Source: Mobula birostris (taxonomy: Eukaryota). From it: DNA of 64,000 nucleotides. The notes under the pieces are model-generated. The model ran no database searches, was not told the origin of the DNA, and saw only the letters and a list, made by a program, of their open reading frames with translations. The position numbers were made by a program, and so were the translations under genes. Of this stretch, positions 33,355 through 47,600 are shown piece after piece. The stretch covers positions 43,159,553 through 43,223,552 of the forward strand of contig NC_092384.1 of the NCBI RefSeq assembly GCF_030028105.1, in the 5' to 3' direction. Numbering within the stretch: the stretch's first letter is position 1; each line of letters begins with the position of its first letter.

Positions 33355-34569
33355 AGCCTGCGCTGCTCCCTCCACCTCCTGCTGCTCCCAACTACCTGCC
33401 TCATTCACCTTGTGCAGCCCCGTTGACTTCTGGGGCTCCCCAGTGTCGTGGCAGCTTCATTGACTCCTGTTGCTCCCTAACTACGCAGCTCCCCATTAAT
33501 ATTCTGCTGCTTCTCCTTTTTTCCTCTCTCTCGAGGCACTGCCCAGTGCACCTTGTTGCCTGTCTCCATGTGTGACGTGGTGCTCCCTAAATCTTGCTTC
33601 TTACTAGATGCAACACCCCGTGCCATGAACTGCTCTATGTGTCTAACGACCTGAGGTGATTTCTGTAGTGAGTGTTGCTGCTTCCTCAGTACCCCGTGCT
33701 ACCTCTCTCCCTGTTCATCGTGTGCAATGTGCGCCAATGACCATAAATGGCATCTCTACCAGTGCTCTATGCTGCTCTGTAATACTTTGAGTGTTGCCTC
33801 ACTGAATTTTGTCACTGCCCATTTCCTTGTTCTGCCTCTCCCCCATCGTCCAGAACTTTGTGCTATGCAGTACCTTGCCTGCTCTCTGGGATTATACACT
33901 ACCAATTTCTCTGTGTTACTGTGCAGAACCATTCTGCCCAGGGAACCCTGTATTGCTGTCTTGTGCCACGCACTCTCTATCCCCAATATTATGCATCATC
34001 TCTCCCCCTATGCCCTGTGCTGGCCCTATCTCTGTGCCAAGAGCTTCCTAATTCCCCATGCTGTTTTTTGATTTCAGGACACAATCTCCTTCCCACAGCT
34101 TACGCTGCTTCCTCCCCGGTACTGGGAAGCAAATAAAACTGTGGATGCTGGAATCTGAAACAAAACCATGATTCTGAAAAAAAAAACCTTCACCCTCAGA
34201 ATTTGTGGAAAGAGAAACCAGATGTTTCAGGTTGAAGGTCCTTCAGCAGAACTGAGAGAGATAACGCTGATCTAAGTAGCAGAGAAGCAGGGAAAAGGAA
34301 ATAGGTGGAATAAAATGAATATCACACCTTTTTGCTCAGCATCATGTATCACCCTGTTTGCCCAGCACTACATTTATATGTTCATTAACTCCATTAATTG
34401 TGCTCCTGTTCCTATGGCCGGCAGTCACTCCATATCAGCACGAGGTACTCCTTTGCCAATACGGTACAGCTCTTTGTCCAGTTATATGTTTCTCTCTCCC
34501 AGGCCTTGAGCTCTCCCTCCCATGTCCCACAGGTTGCTGCTCCAAGCACACCCTTCTCCAGCTGCTGCC

Positions 34570-35005
34570 ACCCCGAGTGCTGCCCCAGTAGGACCTGCTG
34601 ACACTTTCCACTTGCCCAGGGATCACATGCTACCACTCCGTGCTGCCCCAGTACTGTACCATCAGTTACCACAAGCTATTACTCTCTCCTTCAGTACCAC
34701 ATGCTGCTGTACAGTATTGACTACTGCCACTCTTGAAAGCTGCCCCAGCATCAGGTGCTACCATTCTCAGCTTTCTCCCCTACCACCTGGTGCCCCAGTA
34801 CCAGTTACTGCTGTTCTGAACCAGCCCCAGTACTAGTTAGTGCCACTCGGCCTGACCAGTACTAGTTACTGCCACTCTCAGCCAGCCCCAGTAAGTGCCA
34901 CTCACAACCTGTCCTAGTACTAGTTAGTACCACTCTCAGCTTGACCAGTACTAGTTAGTGCCACTCACAGCCTACCCCAGTACTAGTTAGTGCCACTCGG
35001 CCTGC
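34570..35005. repeat. ~31-33-bp tandem repeat (core CCAGTACTAGTTAGTGCCACTC), degenerate toward the left
   Basis: About 6-7 clear copies in 34795-35005; older copies upstream. Confidence 0.85.
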
Positions 35006-35600
35006 CCCTCCCCCGGCCATGTGCTGCCCACTTCTCCTCCCGCCGCTTGTTTTGGTGCGTGTGCTCCCGGCATTCACCGGGCGAGGAACATGGCGCGGAG
35101 CTGGAGGTGCTGCTGAGTCCCAGGGATTCCTCGTCAGAGCTGGGCTGGAGCCTGTGGGATAATAATGCGAGTGTGAAATGTTTTCTGCTGCTAGTTTGTG
35201 GATGAAAACGCCTGCTCTCTCTATGTGTGCGAGAAGTGAGGAGCTCCGCGGTCACAGTTTTCACATACATAAACATTTCTTTAGGACTCCCTGTTGTTGA
35301 GTGTCTGTGCATCAGCCGCTCGGCCCGGCCTGAAGGAGATGGCGGACTCGCAGCCCTGTTCCGCCGTCAAGCTGCCCCCCTCGCAGCCACTTTCACGACT
35401 CAGAGAAGAGCACGCCAAGGTAAAGGCCTTTAAATAGAGCCTAAGGCAGCAGGTTTGGAGAGCAAGGCGACGGAGCAGTTGGAGTGGCGGCCTCGGTCAG
35501 AAGGGGGCGGGGGCCCTGGAGCCTGGCTTGTGTTTAAAGGGGCCGCCTGCATAAATCCCGGGTTTTGCTGCAGACAGCGAATTGGCACCTCTGGCTACGG
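35005..35600 (+). promoter_or_regulatory. URI1 CpG-island promoter / exon 1 region
   Basis: CpG-dense, GC box near 35503, YY1-like AGATGGCGG over the start codon. Confidence 0.7.
35339..35419 (+). CDS. URI1: URI1 exon 1 coding part
   Basis: GAGATGGCGG start in a CpG island; RLREEHAK resembles human RLREEQEK; donor AAG|GTAAAG. Confidence 0.9.
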
Positions 35601-38600
35601 TACTTTTATTTGTACCTGTTTAGCCTTTTTTATGGTTGGTTAGAAATGTCGATCGATGTCGCTTGACATTTTATTAAAGCTTACGCTTCTCTCTCCCTCT
35701 AAACGACGCAGAAATTTAATAGATCCCAGTTGAAACTGTAACTAGAAGGTACCAACTCAATCGACACATTCTATTTTACTTTAAGTTTATTTCCTTTTAT
35801 TTTGTTTCATCGGCCGAGATTACGAGGAACGTGACCACTTTCAATCATTAAACTGCCGATGAGCATGGAAAACTAATTGAAAGAATCATATTAGCGTTTA
35901 ACTGTGTACGTGGATAGTTTTAATAACGTTTGAGCGTTTTAGTTGTTGTATATCTTAGGGATTTTTCGTTTCTTTAACCTTTTTTTCCTGTCCATTTTAC
36001 TTTGCAAATATTTTGTTTGTTTAAAACCACTGCTCGGTATTTTATTGCGGGGCTCCAGTACTTAGTGATACTCGTAACGAACCTTGCTGGCTGCCAGATA
36101 GAACAGCGCCTTCTGCAGGGCTACGGCGACCTACGACTCCAAGCGGTAAAATTTAACCGTGTATTCTCTTAACCAACCAGAATAAAGCATCACGGCATCG
36201 GAACCAGGAAATACCTAGTTCATGTAGTTAGTCAAGGCGGAGTCGGGAATAGAGCGGGAAGGATATATAGGCCTGGTTTTGCTTTCACTGATAAAGAGCA
36301 AGCACCGAAACAAAAGTGTCCAACAAGATCGGTGACTTCTTTTACCGGTATGAATCTCAGCAAGTGGTCTCACCAGTAAATTAAATTGAAGCAAAGACAA
36401 ACAAATGTAGATGCTAAAGATTTGGATTAAAATAGGGAATGCTGGCATTTCAGGTGAAGAGAACCATATAACACCTCAATCCTATTAGTGGTGCCTTGAT
36501 TTAAAATATTTTTAAAGAACTTCTGCAGGGGAATAACCCTGATAAGATGAAATTTGCAACAGCTAGAAATTTTTAAAAACATCCCATTTGTGGAGATTTT
36601 AACATCACCCTGTTATTAATGACGGCTTCTGACTACTCATTCTTGTAGAAAACATGTTTTTGTTTCACAGAAGTTCAACAGAACCAATTAATAATTTTGG
36701 TTATCCTAGACACTAATGTTATAGGTGTTTCTGTGCTGCCTATGCAGCAGAGCTTGGTCTATCATCATCTTGTTCCCAGTAAAATTAGGATAGGTACCTA
36801 ACGTGCATAGCCATCCCACGTTAAAAGAAATAATGCACAAGTATCTTCAGGTCCTCAGTAAGCCATCCCTAACTGTAAGGGATTGCGTTTATCAAAGAAG
36901 CTGACAGTTCCATATGTAATAATGAATGCTGATAATTTCATTATAATTGCAATACAAATTTCAGGTCCTTTGTGATAAGTGGGAAGTCAATACAAAAGAA
37001 ATGGAAGATTGGATCTGCCACCAATCTTTAAAGTAGTTAATACAAGTGAAACTTAGTTTTACTTTGGCACTGAAAACTATTTCATAGAAACATTGAAAAT
37101 TTATAATGCAAGATTATTCAGTCTGTCGTGTCAGTACGGTTGAACAAGAATACTTCAGCCTAAATCCAAGTCATAGCTCTTCAATCATAGATCAAGTACT
37201 TCAAGGGGTTTGTGCACCTAACATTTTTTCAGATGGCCAGTTCCAGAATCCCGCCACATGCTGAATGGGAAAAAGTCTTTCTTTGTCACCCCTTTAAATA
37301 TTAAACCTTTATCCTTTTTGATGGCCCCTCTAGTAAAGGAAGTATATTTTTCTTATTTGTTCCCTTCTGGGCCTGTCATAATTTTATTCATCTCATTTAG
37401 ATAATCTCTGTTCCAAAGAAATTTTCCCGTATTTTTCATAGCTATGTTTTCCAGTCTGACATTTCCTGCATTCCCTCCCTATTCTTGTCATGGAATGACC
37501 AGGACTGTATTCAGCTGTGGCCGAACTAGTGTTGTGTTGAATTCTGCCATAACCACCCAGCTGCTTTATGATGCAATTGGCTGATAAAAGATAGCATCAC
37601 AATAGCTTTCCAAATACATTATCTCACAGTTTTCTGGATTAAATGTACCATTTCACTGTCCAACTTTCTGAACCATCTCTATCTTCTTGGAGTTTAAAGC
37701 CAATTTTTGTATCCTTACAAAAAATTTTAAATTGTAGTCCAAGTCATTGATATACTTCATTAAAAATAAATTATTCTGTACTGACTCCTGTGGAGGTCTG
37801 CGGTATCAGTCAATGAGCCATAGAAACAATTATTAATCATTGTGTGGCATATATCCATCCACGTGGAGGTCCGCTGGTGATAAATGCCCAGCTACAGAAA
37901 CACCCATCAGTAAGTAACTGCCACTGGATCAATGTTGGATCCAATATGCCACTCTCCTTTAGATCCCATAGATTTTTCTAGTTTGACCAACCTGCCATGT
38001 GGAAACTTGGTACAAGCCTTGGCAAAAATCCATGTAACTAACCATGATTAAACTTTGGCTTTTTAAATAATGGTTTATACAGAGAAAGTTGAAACAAATT
38101 GGTCTGTAATAACTGTGTTTAATCTACTTCCTTTATAGATGTGTATGTTAGCAGACCTCAGTCCCTTGACACTGTTTGGTAGGCAAAAAGGACTAAAGGA
38201 TTGTCAGCTTCTGCAATTTCCAGCTTTGTTTTAACATCCTGGGATATTTTCAACTAGGCCTAATGATTTGCCCATTAAAATGTTCAACTTAATATAACTG
38301 CTCTTAATGTTTGTTCCATTCAATATTCCATAATTATCTGCCTTAGCTATAAAAATGTATCTTTTCTCATATTTTTGAGGAGGTTTGCAAAAAAATTTGT
38401 TTCGAACCTTGCTCATGTCATCCACCTTCATGCTTTTCAATACATTTGAATGGGGAGTTAGATTGCAAAATGGAGTTTTTGGGCAGCTTGCAGCAGGTTG
38501 TTGCATTTAATTTTCTGGCAATTAACTGTGCCTGTACAGTCAGTGCAAGTTGCCATTTGATTTTCACATGCTTTAAGGAGAGCTTTATTGGTCTTACTGT

Positions 38601-41600
38601 TACTAACATCGGGAAATTTAGACCATAGAGCCATAGGTTCCAAAGTTTTCCTTGAGGTAATTTTCTAACAACCTGACTGAAAATGGAGTTAAGAGAATGT
38701 AATAGAAATCAAAATTGGTGCCTTACTTAATTATAAGATGGTGACTACAACATATTATGTTCTAGGGCCCATATCTCAAAAAAGAAAAAAAAGCATGAAT
38801 TTTGTATAACCTTAATGCTTTGTGACTATTGTTGAATGCTGTGAAAGAGCTTAGAGAAATAGAAAACTGATTTTTAAGGGATTGCTGATGTGTATCTAAG
38901 GGAGTTAATGTGCAATGTTAACAACTGAAACAATTATAGTAATGAGTGACAATAAGTTTATTAATGTTTGTGAATAGGTTAATTTTAAATTGTTAGAAAA
39001 ATGTCATTTTATGGTTTAAAAATAAAAGCAACTGAATTGTAATTCACTTGCATAAATAAGGTAGTCCCACTCTGTCAATTCTGTTCCCAGAAGACTGTAA
39101 CACCACACATACAAAATGCTGGAGGAACTCAACAGGTCAGGCAGCATTTATGGAAAGGAATAAACAGTCAATATTTCTGGCTGAGACTGACTGTAACACA
39201 TGTTATATTGTATCCAGTTTAACAGGTAAACTATGTAAAAGTAAAACTGTGGTCAAATTTGCAGGGTCTGGAAATCTGAAACAAAAATAATAGAAGTACT
39301 GGAAGCAGTGAGTAAGCAGGTTAGCTGATTCACACTTTGGGTCAAGGATACTTCATCTTCAGGGAAAAATTGAAAGACAACCTTGATTTGCGTTGCAGAG
39401 AGGGGAGGGTTGGAGAGAATGTGATAGAGTGCAGACTAAATTTGTTGTGTGTTTTCTTCACCCTTCTCTCTCTGTGGCTTAAAATACACCCGTCTTCTCA
39501 CTTACCAATTTTGTGATGTGGGGATCTTCACTTGAAAATTACATCTTGTACTGCCTGCCTTGTTGAGTTGCTCCATTAAATTTAGAATATTCTGCATTCA
39601 AACTTGATAGGTTATCAAAGTTATCAATTTATTGTGGCATACAAATAACACAGTTAACAGTTGTTTACTTCCCTTTGTTGTATAGCTAAACTCTACTAGG
39701 ATCGTGTATCTTGTTTATAATGACACAAGTTAAATTTAGCATCTGATTTTAAGAAGGCCTTTTGCTCTTCATGGCTTACTGTGGAATATCTTGTTATTCA
39801 CTTGTATATTAATTATGTATGGTCTTAGTACTGAACATTTAATTATTTCAATCTGACAATTTCATGTAACTACAGCAATATGCATCAATATGAGTAAGTT
39901 ACTTGTATATGTTTATCTGTGCAGTATCTTGGAATTATTTAACTGATATTAAACTTCAAAATATTGATTGGAGCAAAAAAAAACACACCTACGGTTTGGC
40001 AAATGTTTTAACTGTATTACAAGTAACATCTGATGAAGCTGTTGGTGTTGAAGTTAAATTTATTTTGTGAAGGTTAAGTTATCTCAATGAATATTTAAAG
40101 AAATGCCTGAGTTTTGGTTTATCATTATTTAAAATGCAGATTTGATTTATTTACAGTCAAAAACTAAGTACATAGTATAGAAGACAGCTGGATTTGATCT
40201 GGTGTTCGAGACATGTATACCTAGAAGTTGTATATTTATTTAATAGTAGCGTAGGCAAAATTACAATACAACTGACTAATGATCACCAATCCATTATTTT
40301 AGCTAAATGAACAGGGCATTATATCAGACATCTCTGTAATTTGTATTGATACACATAAGCTGTATGCTGGAGTGAGGCTGAAACCCATTCAGAAATGAGA
40401 ATGCTGCAAGCTGCGCCAAGACAGTTGCATTGAGCTGAAGTAATGCCGTATTCCTAAAGAGCTTGGTGAGCTTAATTGATAAGTAATGGACACATGCAGA
40501 ACACAGAAGTCGCTGTGTTACTCCTTGATCTGTTTCTACAAGTGTGTTGTTAGAATTGCTTCATTTTTTTTTGTCACATGGGCAATTTTGGAATAATAGG
40601 CAGACATGCACACCCCTCATAATTCAGTAATCTGAAAGTACATCAAATGACTTTCAAGATGTATATTGTACACATTTCTCCAACAGTAAATGTACCTATT
40701 GAAACCTTTTGAAAAGAATAATAACTGAGGTATGGTGCTGGGATTCATCAGCATCTATTGAACTAGCCTTTAGGGTCAAGATACATTCAATCCATAAGGT
40801 ATTTAAATAAATCAACTTAAATATTAACTGCAATAGGTAAAGTAATTTTACTTGGTTTGGCATATCCAGACGTTGACGGATTGACTTGGTGTTCAGATTT
40901 TCTTGTCATTGCCATGGTTTGGTTTTGCATATTTCTTCTTCCGAATGAAAATTTGGTGCTAGAATTTTCTAAGAATTATTGTTTTTTTGACTTTATAAAT
41001 GTACCATATGATCAGAGCTGGCTATTAATGTGTAAGTAAAGTCAGAAAAGCTAAATCAAAAGATTTTTCCTAATTTACATTGTACAGTAAGCTGTCACTG
41101 ATGGTAGCAAAATTCCCTTACAAACATTGACATTCCAATTTCAAAGGTAGTATTGAACATGATAAATAATAGTTGACTTGCTAGTAGTTTTACATGTACT
41201 GTATACTGCTTTATACTGCCTTCATTTAAATTTCTGTAGTGGTTTCTAACAACAAGAAAATATATTATTAAACAATATTTCAAATATTCTTCACTGATTG
41301 TGCTTAGAGGCAGAAGATAGAATACCTAATAATCAGAAATGGGAAGGAAATTCATATTTATGCCAGTAATACAATGCTGCAATAACCAAATGTCAGAGAT
41401 AAGCAGAAAGTGAGTGAGAAAATAGTTGCAATTAACTTGTGAATTATTAGAAGTGCTGATAAATTGCATACTTCCTCCCTCCATTCTTCTGACAACAAAT
41501 GATAATGTTTTATCTCAGATTCCATTATAATTGAAATAATAACAGTATATATATCCCATCTTTCACAATCTCATAATTATCCCCCCAGCTATTTCATAGG

Positions 41601-44600
41601 ATAATTATGATTTTTGAGATGTCACTTAGTCCTTGTTACCTGCACAGGATGGGGACACAGGTATAAAAGAAAATGCAGATGACAGGTCTCTCCTATGTAA
41701 CTGGTAAACTCCCAAATAAAGGTAAAAATTATAATATTTTAAGTGCTAATGCTTATAATAAACATGCTAAAACAATTAAATTGTATTTTAGTTGCATTGT
41801 CAATTGGAACAGCACCTTAGATGTAACATGTCTTTTATTGTTCTGTGATGCCAAACACCTTAACTGTAAAGGACTTGGTGGGTTTAGAGTAGATTCTAAG
41901 TTACAGGGGAGGGGTTAATAGTTCCTTCTAGATTAAGGGTTTAAATCTGAAACATCAACTGTTCACATCCATCCATAGATGCTGCTGACCCATTGAATTC
42001 CTCCAACATTTTTATGTTCCATATTCCAGCTACTGCAGTCTCTAACTCTAAAATGTCTAGTTGTTCTAATGCATAGCTCATTCATTCACCTATTGTGTGC
42101 CTCTATCTCAGCCAATTGGCATATTTCACATCTCTCCAAACCTCTCTGCATCTTGCCCGTATAAATAGTGGTCAGTTTCCAGACTACATTTGTCAAGTGT
42201 CCGTCTGCAGCCTTGGTTTACACTTTTGCAGCTTGTGATTTCAAAACCCACATCACTGCAGGTGGTTGTCAATATATCCATGAGAAATAGATTGAGAGCA
42301 AGACAGACTTAATAAGTTTATAGACCCAGAGTTTGTGGATAGCAAATCCATAAATAACAAAGCTGTGTGCAGTGCTTAACTTTTGACTGTTTTCCTTTTC
42401 CAGACTACGACTTGTATTAAGTTATTTTGAACTGACGATGGAAAACTGAGCATGGTTGATTAATTCTCAGACACACCTTAGCAGCATTGTGCTTCTACAA
42501 ATGCATACATATAAAGACTGTGTTAAATAGATTTGCATAGTTCTTGTGTTAACTAGGCATTGTGTTTCTGCAAAGGGATTCGGAATAATGGCTATATTAG
42601 AAACATAGAAAACTTACAGCACTTCGGCCCACAAAGTTCTGCCGAACATGTCTCTACCTTAGAAATTTTTAGGCTTACCCATAGCCCTCTATTTCTCTAA
42701 GCTTCATGTACCTATCCAAAAGTCTCTTAAAAGACCCTATCGTATCCACCTCCACCACCGTTGCCAGCAGCCCATTCCATGCACTCACCCCTTACTGCGT
42801 AAAAAAAAAAAAAACTTACCCCTGACATCTCCTCTGTACCTACTCCCCAGCATCTTAAACCTGTGTCCTCTTGTGGCAACCATTTCAGCTCTGGGGAAAA
42901 GCCACAAGATCAAAGCCTCTCATCATCTTAAACACCTCTATCAGGTCACCTCTCATCCTTCATCGCTTCAAGGAGAAACGGCTGAGTTCACTCAACCTGT
43001 TTTCATACGGCAATCTCCCCAATCCAGGCAACATCTTTGTAAATCCCTTTCTATGGCTTCCACATCCTTTCTGTAGTGAGGCGACCAGAACTGAGCACAA
43101 TACTCCCAAGTGTGGTCTGACCAGGGTCCTATATAGCTGCAACAAAGTAGACTGGTGGCCAGAAAAGAGTGATTCTTGACAGATGAGGGAAAAATAATAG
43201 CATAGTAGGGTGAGGAGGAAGGTGGGAGATTTCTTGGTGTAAGTGTATACTTCTATATAACTCAGGTTTATAGCTAGAAGTTAATTATAGTCTTCCCTTG
43301 AGAAGCTGGAGGTAAAATTAGTACACGTGTGTTAATAGCATTTATCATTTTTCTCCCTCCTAAGGTTGTTCTTGTAGTCCCACAGATGCCTGTGCCCTGT
43401 TCAGAGCAATTTTCAGAGCTGTATTCAAGTAGCGAATGTTCACACAAGTCCAGACAGTGATGTAGGCTGTTTAATCACAGAAGGCATTGCAGCTGAACCA
43501 ATCCTGTCATAACTTGATATCTATATATGCAGTAAGTTTCTTGGACATTGATTAAAACTGCAGTTAATTTTTATTTTACCAAAGTTTGAGGCCACTTACA
43601 GCTTTATTCCTTTGGCTAGTTCATTTACATTATAACAAAATCAGCAATTGGTTAAGATATTATTCAGTGGAATATTTTAGAAAAATTATAAATATGGTTT
43701 ATATCTAGTTGATATGCTTTATAACCAGCACATCCTATATCATTTGAAGAAGGATCTAATTAACGGATGAGAAAGCTTTTTGATGGTGGTCTGAAATCTT
43801 CTGGTTGAAGGACTTAATATGGAGGTGATGGTTATCAAATAATTTGAAGCATATACAGCTTTTGTTTGGCTCTGTTATAGGAGGATCTGCTGCTGCTTTC
43901 CCCTGACATGTATCTCAGTCTGAAATTCTTGGTTCATACACAACCTTTTTGGTTTGATTTTTTTTCTCTAGAAGTTGATATTCTTTCATTTCTTTCTGTA
44001 CAGGATGTATGATTAATATAAATTGTTCGAAGTGACACTTGTGCAAACCTAGTATGACTTGTATAGAATTCCTTTTGCTAATACATGTAGGTACTTTTTA
44101 AAAATATGTATGTCAAAATATATTTCTAATCTATTCTTTTGTCAGATATGCACACTGAGTATCACCATGCTTATGCTAACACCTAGTTGGTATTTTCTTT
44201 CTCTATCTGGATTTCTTATCAAATGCACAATCAACAAAAATGTAGGATTTCAATTATCAAGGGGTGAATCGATTTATAAATTGTGTAGTTTTAATATGTC
44301 CTAAACACCAGGTTGAGCTTGTAATGCCAATCAACAATAACGTGATTGTTGTCTGAAATCTCATTTAAATGAAGTGGTGTCAACAGTTGTATGTGAATTG
44401 TAAGGATTAACCGTTTGTAAAATGAAGGGGAAATGGAGAAAAGGCATTGTTTCAATACAAAATTGCAGTGCCTCAGTAAAATGGAGACATTTCTGTACCA
44501 GTTTTGCTGAGGTTTGCTAAATCAATGAAATTAAGGATTTCAGCAGAATAATTTACATTTTTTAAGATTACCTTAAAATAATCTTAAATTATATTAATTT

Positions 44601-47600
44601 TTAAGTTATTTTCTTTTGTGTTTACTGTATGAGCAGTTTCAGAATTCTTAATGTTGCTTTTCATGAGCAGTTGTCTATTTTAATAACAGGTAGTCTCAAA
44701 CTGCAAGGAAAAAATCGAGCACTGGTAAGTCCAAACATTCCTTGGTGTTTTTGCTGATGATTTTGTTTGCAGGTACAAATAAATGATATGATTTTCTCAG
44801 TAAACTGCTTTTTTGAGTAAAAGTAAAATGGAAATGATTGCGTACTCTTTGTAGATCAAGTTTTGTACATTGCTGTTTCCTCACAGTTAATGACAATAAT
44901 CTCCTCTTTGCTTTACAGTAAATAGATACCAGTAAATAAATTGTATAAGTCAAAATTAGTATGAATAATAACGCACCTCAGTTTCTTGTCTAATACTTAA
45001 TGTCATATGCTTTGCAAATTACATACAAGTTTCAAATCAATTAGCCAAGAACATTGATTACTGATTTTGAATGTTCTATAGGTATTAGAAATAAACATAC
45101 ACAATTAAAATACACTTATTTGCTACATTAACTTATTCATCTTGATATTGAAAGCAGAAATGTATGTTTTTTTCTGATAAAACTTCTGAGATCTTTAATT
45201 GGTCTTTCTAATAACAAGCTGTTTTAATGGATTTTACATTGTATTCTACATCTAAGCCTTCTAAGTAGGGAATGAGGACTTTACAATATCTTACTAAATA
45301 TTTTAAAAAAAATAAACTGAAGGACTGAAAAAAGAACATGGTAATGATTGGCATTAATAAAAGTGAGTATAGCCACTCTGCTCAACAAATGAGACCAAAA
45401 ATCTGAAAAGACACCTTGCTTGACTGATATTTACAAACTAACTGTTTATGAGTCACTGATATCATTTCCCTGATCCACTTCATTTATAATAACTTAATAT
45501 ATTGTTTTTGATAGAACTTCACCTGCATAATACTAACACTTTTTAAAAAAAAAGATTCTTGGAAAGATGCATTATAGTACTGGTCTACTTAATGGCTACT
45601 TTGCCAGTATTCAAAGATCTAATGAGGTGATTAACACATTAATCGGAGTTAAGTTAACACATTAAGGAGTTGTGAGTCATCCAAATCTGGACACATTACT
45701 CTTGGTCCATTCATAACAGTATCATTTTTAAATAGCTGATGCTACTACCTTGATTCTTGTGATGTCCTTTGTAAGTATTACCATTTTCTGTGATTATTTC
45801 TCTAACCATGCTGATGTATTAGTCAAACCTTGCCTTTTATGTGAGACTTCTATAAAATATTTAAAATTTTTTAACCCAATTATCACTCCTCAAAATAAAC
45901 TTACTTTTCAAATCCTTCACAAACAAAGTAAAATCTGCAGTTGCTGGAAATCCAAGCAAACATACTCAAAATGCTGGAGGAACTCAGCAGGCCAGGCAGC
46001 ATCTATAGGGAAAAAAAATACAGTTGACGTTTTGGGCCAAAATCCTTCTACCCTTTTATGAAATCATATTGTTGCTGCAAAATAGTGATCTTCTGGATGG
46101 TTTCTTACTTGTCATCTTTCAAGAAATTCTGGCATTCTGATGTCTGCATATGCATATTAGTACCTTCTAGACCACTGAAGCTTTTCCAGAACTTAGGGAA
46201 TTTTGAATCATTGCAATAAACACATCCATTCTCAGTGCAACTGTCTCTTTCAGAACACTAGTCCAAAGGATTGGACCATTATTTTGTACTCAATTTTATC
46301 AATAATTAAGTCTCTCGCTCTCCCTCTGGTGTACTCACACACCTTGGTTCCTCACAACTTCTGCTATGATTGGCATCTTTTACTGAGAAGATGGATTATT
46401 AATTTCTCCTATCTGTCTATAAAGGTCACATGATTGCATTTTCTATTTGTGTATTAGAAGTTCCTATAAATTTCTTGCTAACTTTCAAATCTATTTTCTC
46501 CCTCCATTAGTTATTTGTTAGTGTTTTGTGTTGTCAGTCTTGCTTCTGGCAATATTACAAGACTTCTAATGTCCTATGATTGTAGCTTTAGTTAGCCATA
46601 GATTTATTATTTTCCCAAGTACCTAAAGACAGTAATTCATGAATTAGTATCTTTGTCTCCCACAACACTCCTCTACCCACAAGCTCAAAGCCGATCAGGT
46701 TAGCACTATGCATTTTGCTCAGGTAGTTATGCATGGATATTTGTTATTTTGTGCATACAGATAATCACAACTATTCTCATTTGGTCCTACGTGCCTCAAT
46801 CTGCAGATGATGTTCATTCCTGTTTTATAAGATGTCCTTTCTTGTTCATTCCCATGTTACTGGAATTTATATTTAATACTCTTTACATTTCAATTGTGAG
46901 GCAACATTTTTAATTCAAGCACTGGGCAGGCAAAGTGTCCTTTGAGAGATTCCTGGTTCTATTTGCTGTGGGAGAGTGTCCGTAACTCTTTGTATTAATG
47001 CCAACCATTACGGCATTCTTTTTCAGTCCTTTTTATTTAATTTTTTAAATATTTAGTAAGATATTGGAGAAATCCTCATTCCCTACTTAGAGGGCTTAGC
47101 TGTAGAAGTCTCACCAAGTAACTTTTTTGGAGCCCCTTTGTGGGTTTTGGAAGGTCATTTTGGGTGAATCATTTGGAAGATCATTTAGATTGAGTGTACA
47201 TTTCAGTGTAGTTGGAGAGTACTACAATTATAAGGTCGCATTTTAAACTCCATCATTAAACCTAGGTATTCTACTAGCTTGCGTTAGCAGAAATAAGCAA
47301 TTGGTAAAAGTAGTATTGTAAAGCAGCCTGATACAAAGTTATTTCCCAATGTCCTGGGCAACACTTATCTGTCAACAATGTAATTTAAATGGTATCTTAA
47401 CAATAACTTACTTTTTGTTATTTATCGTTGTATATATAAACAAAATTAATAGTTTTATAAAAATCCCTGAGGGCATGTCAGGGGCTTTAATCAATTTCAA
47501 AATGGCTGCAATACCTAATGTATGATGTCTGTCATAAAGGCAACGCAAGTCACATAGGATTCATAATTTGTATTGTGCTTGTACAATTCAGCTCGTGAGT

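Noticed and set aside
29719-33463. Five ORFs of 888-1218 aa on both strands
   Set aside because: They arise because the minisatellite units contain no stop codons. Frames shift at every 29/31-bp unit and the translations are low-complexity in all frames.
34795-35005. Palindrome-containing repeats resembling a CRISPR array
   Set aside because: Vertebrate DNA, no unique spacers and no cas genes; a simple tandem repeat
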